Assembly: GCF_000485595.1 (NCBI RefSeq)
Contig: NW_014577071.1
Location: 271,683 to 321,734 of the forward strand
Length of the DNA stretch: 50,052 bases
Direction of reading: 5' to 3'
Source: Priapulus caudatus
Lineage: Eukaryota
This document shows positions 49,456-50,052 of the stretch, piece by piece. The first letter of the stretch is position 1. The number at the start of each line of letters is the position of its first letter. A program made the translations under genes and the position numbers. The notes beneath the pieces were generated by a model that worked only from the letters and a program-made list of their open reading frames with translations, was not told where the DNA came from and did not search any database.

Positions 49456-49509
49456 GCCGTGCCCACCATTACACAGTCCTTAAGAGACATCAGTATACAC
49501 GTGTCCGGC

Positions 49510-49972
49510 GCGACACACACACGCGCACCGCCGCTCACAGCGCACGCAGCACACACCACACGACAGCACACCACACCACCCACGACACACGAACCACCCA
49601 CACCACACACACACCCCACACACCACTAACCCATCCACACACACATCACACACCACACACGCACACACACCACACATCACCTTCACACTCAGCACACCAC
49701 GCCGTAGCCGCGACGCACGCCTCACACACGCACGCACGCACGCACACGCGCACCACGCACGCCATACGCAGACGGGACCACACACGCACCACGCTTACGC
49801 CGCACATAACACCTCACGCACACTCCGCCCACCACTCCGCGCTCCATCCGTTCACGCTACTGCACACCAAACACCTACCAACTACACACACCAACACACA
49901 CAAACCAGCACAAAGCACGCACACGCGCACACGCACCACGCACACGCCTCACGCACACGGCACAACACACAC
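49510..49972. repeat. Degenerate (CA)n-rich tract
   Basis: Direct inspection. Confidence 0.85.
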
Positions 49973-50052
49973 ATATATTACGGACAGAGGCCCGGTGTCT
50001 GCTCGTTCACACTGACGTCACAGTATATATATATATATATTTTATACGTATA

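Noticed and set aside
39311..50052. Next ets exon carrying the PPLTP MAPK site and PNT domain
   Set aside because: Searched by eye and not found; presumed to lie beyond the window. This limits confidence in the ets call.

Overview
Eukaryotic (invertebrate animal-like) draft-assembly DNA, rich in microsatellites, with six N gaps. Most ORFs in the supplied track are simple-repeat artefacts. I can build two spliced + strand genes by hand. (1) A complete 9-exon PR/SET-domain plus six-C2H2-zinc-finger (Prdm-type) transcription factor, CDS 1061..26011, 702 aa. Its PR domain is split by a 19.5-kb first intron, and it ends in an extra C4 cysteine motif and a CtBP-like tail. (2) The first two coding exons (35583..35678, 39127..39310) of a probable Ets1/2 (pointed-P2-like) gene whose remaining exons appear to lie beyond the window. 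Its second exon is flanked by duplicated splice acceptors and a disabled partial copy. Non-coding features include a divergent pair of CTCF-like motifs between the genes, a CpG-poor block over the 5' ets region, several MITEs, a duplicated repeat carrying a tRNA-derived segment, and six 38-77 bp CA...TG palindromes flanked by 7-8 bp target duplications (three exact, three degenerate) that look like P-superfamily transposon excision scars. All identifications come from reading the sequence and recalled family motifs; no database search was run.
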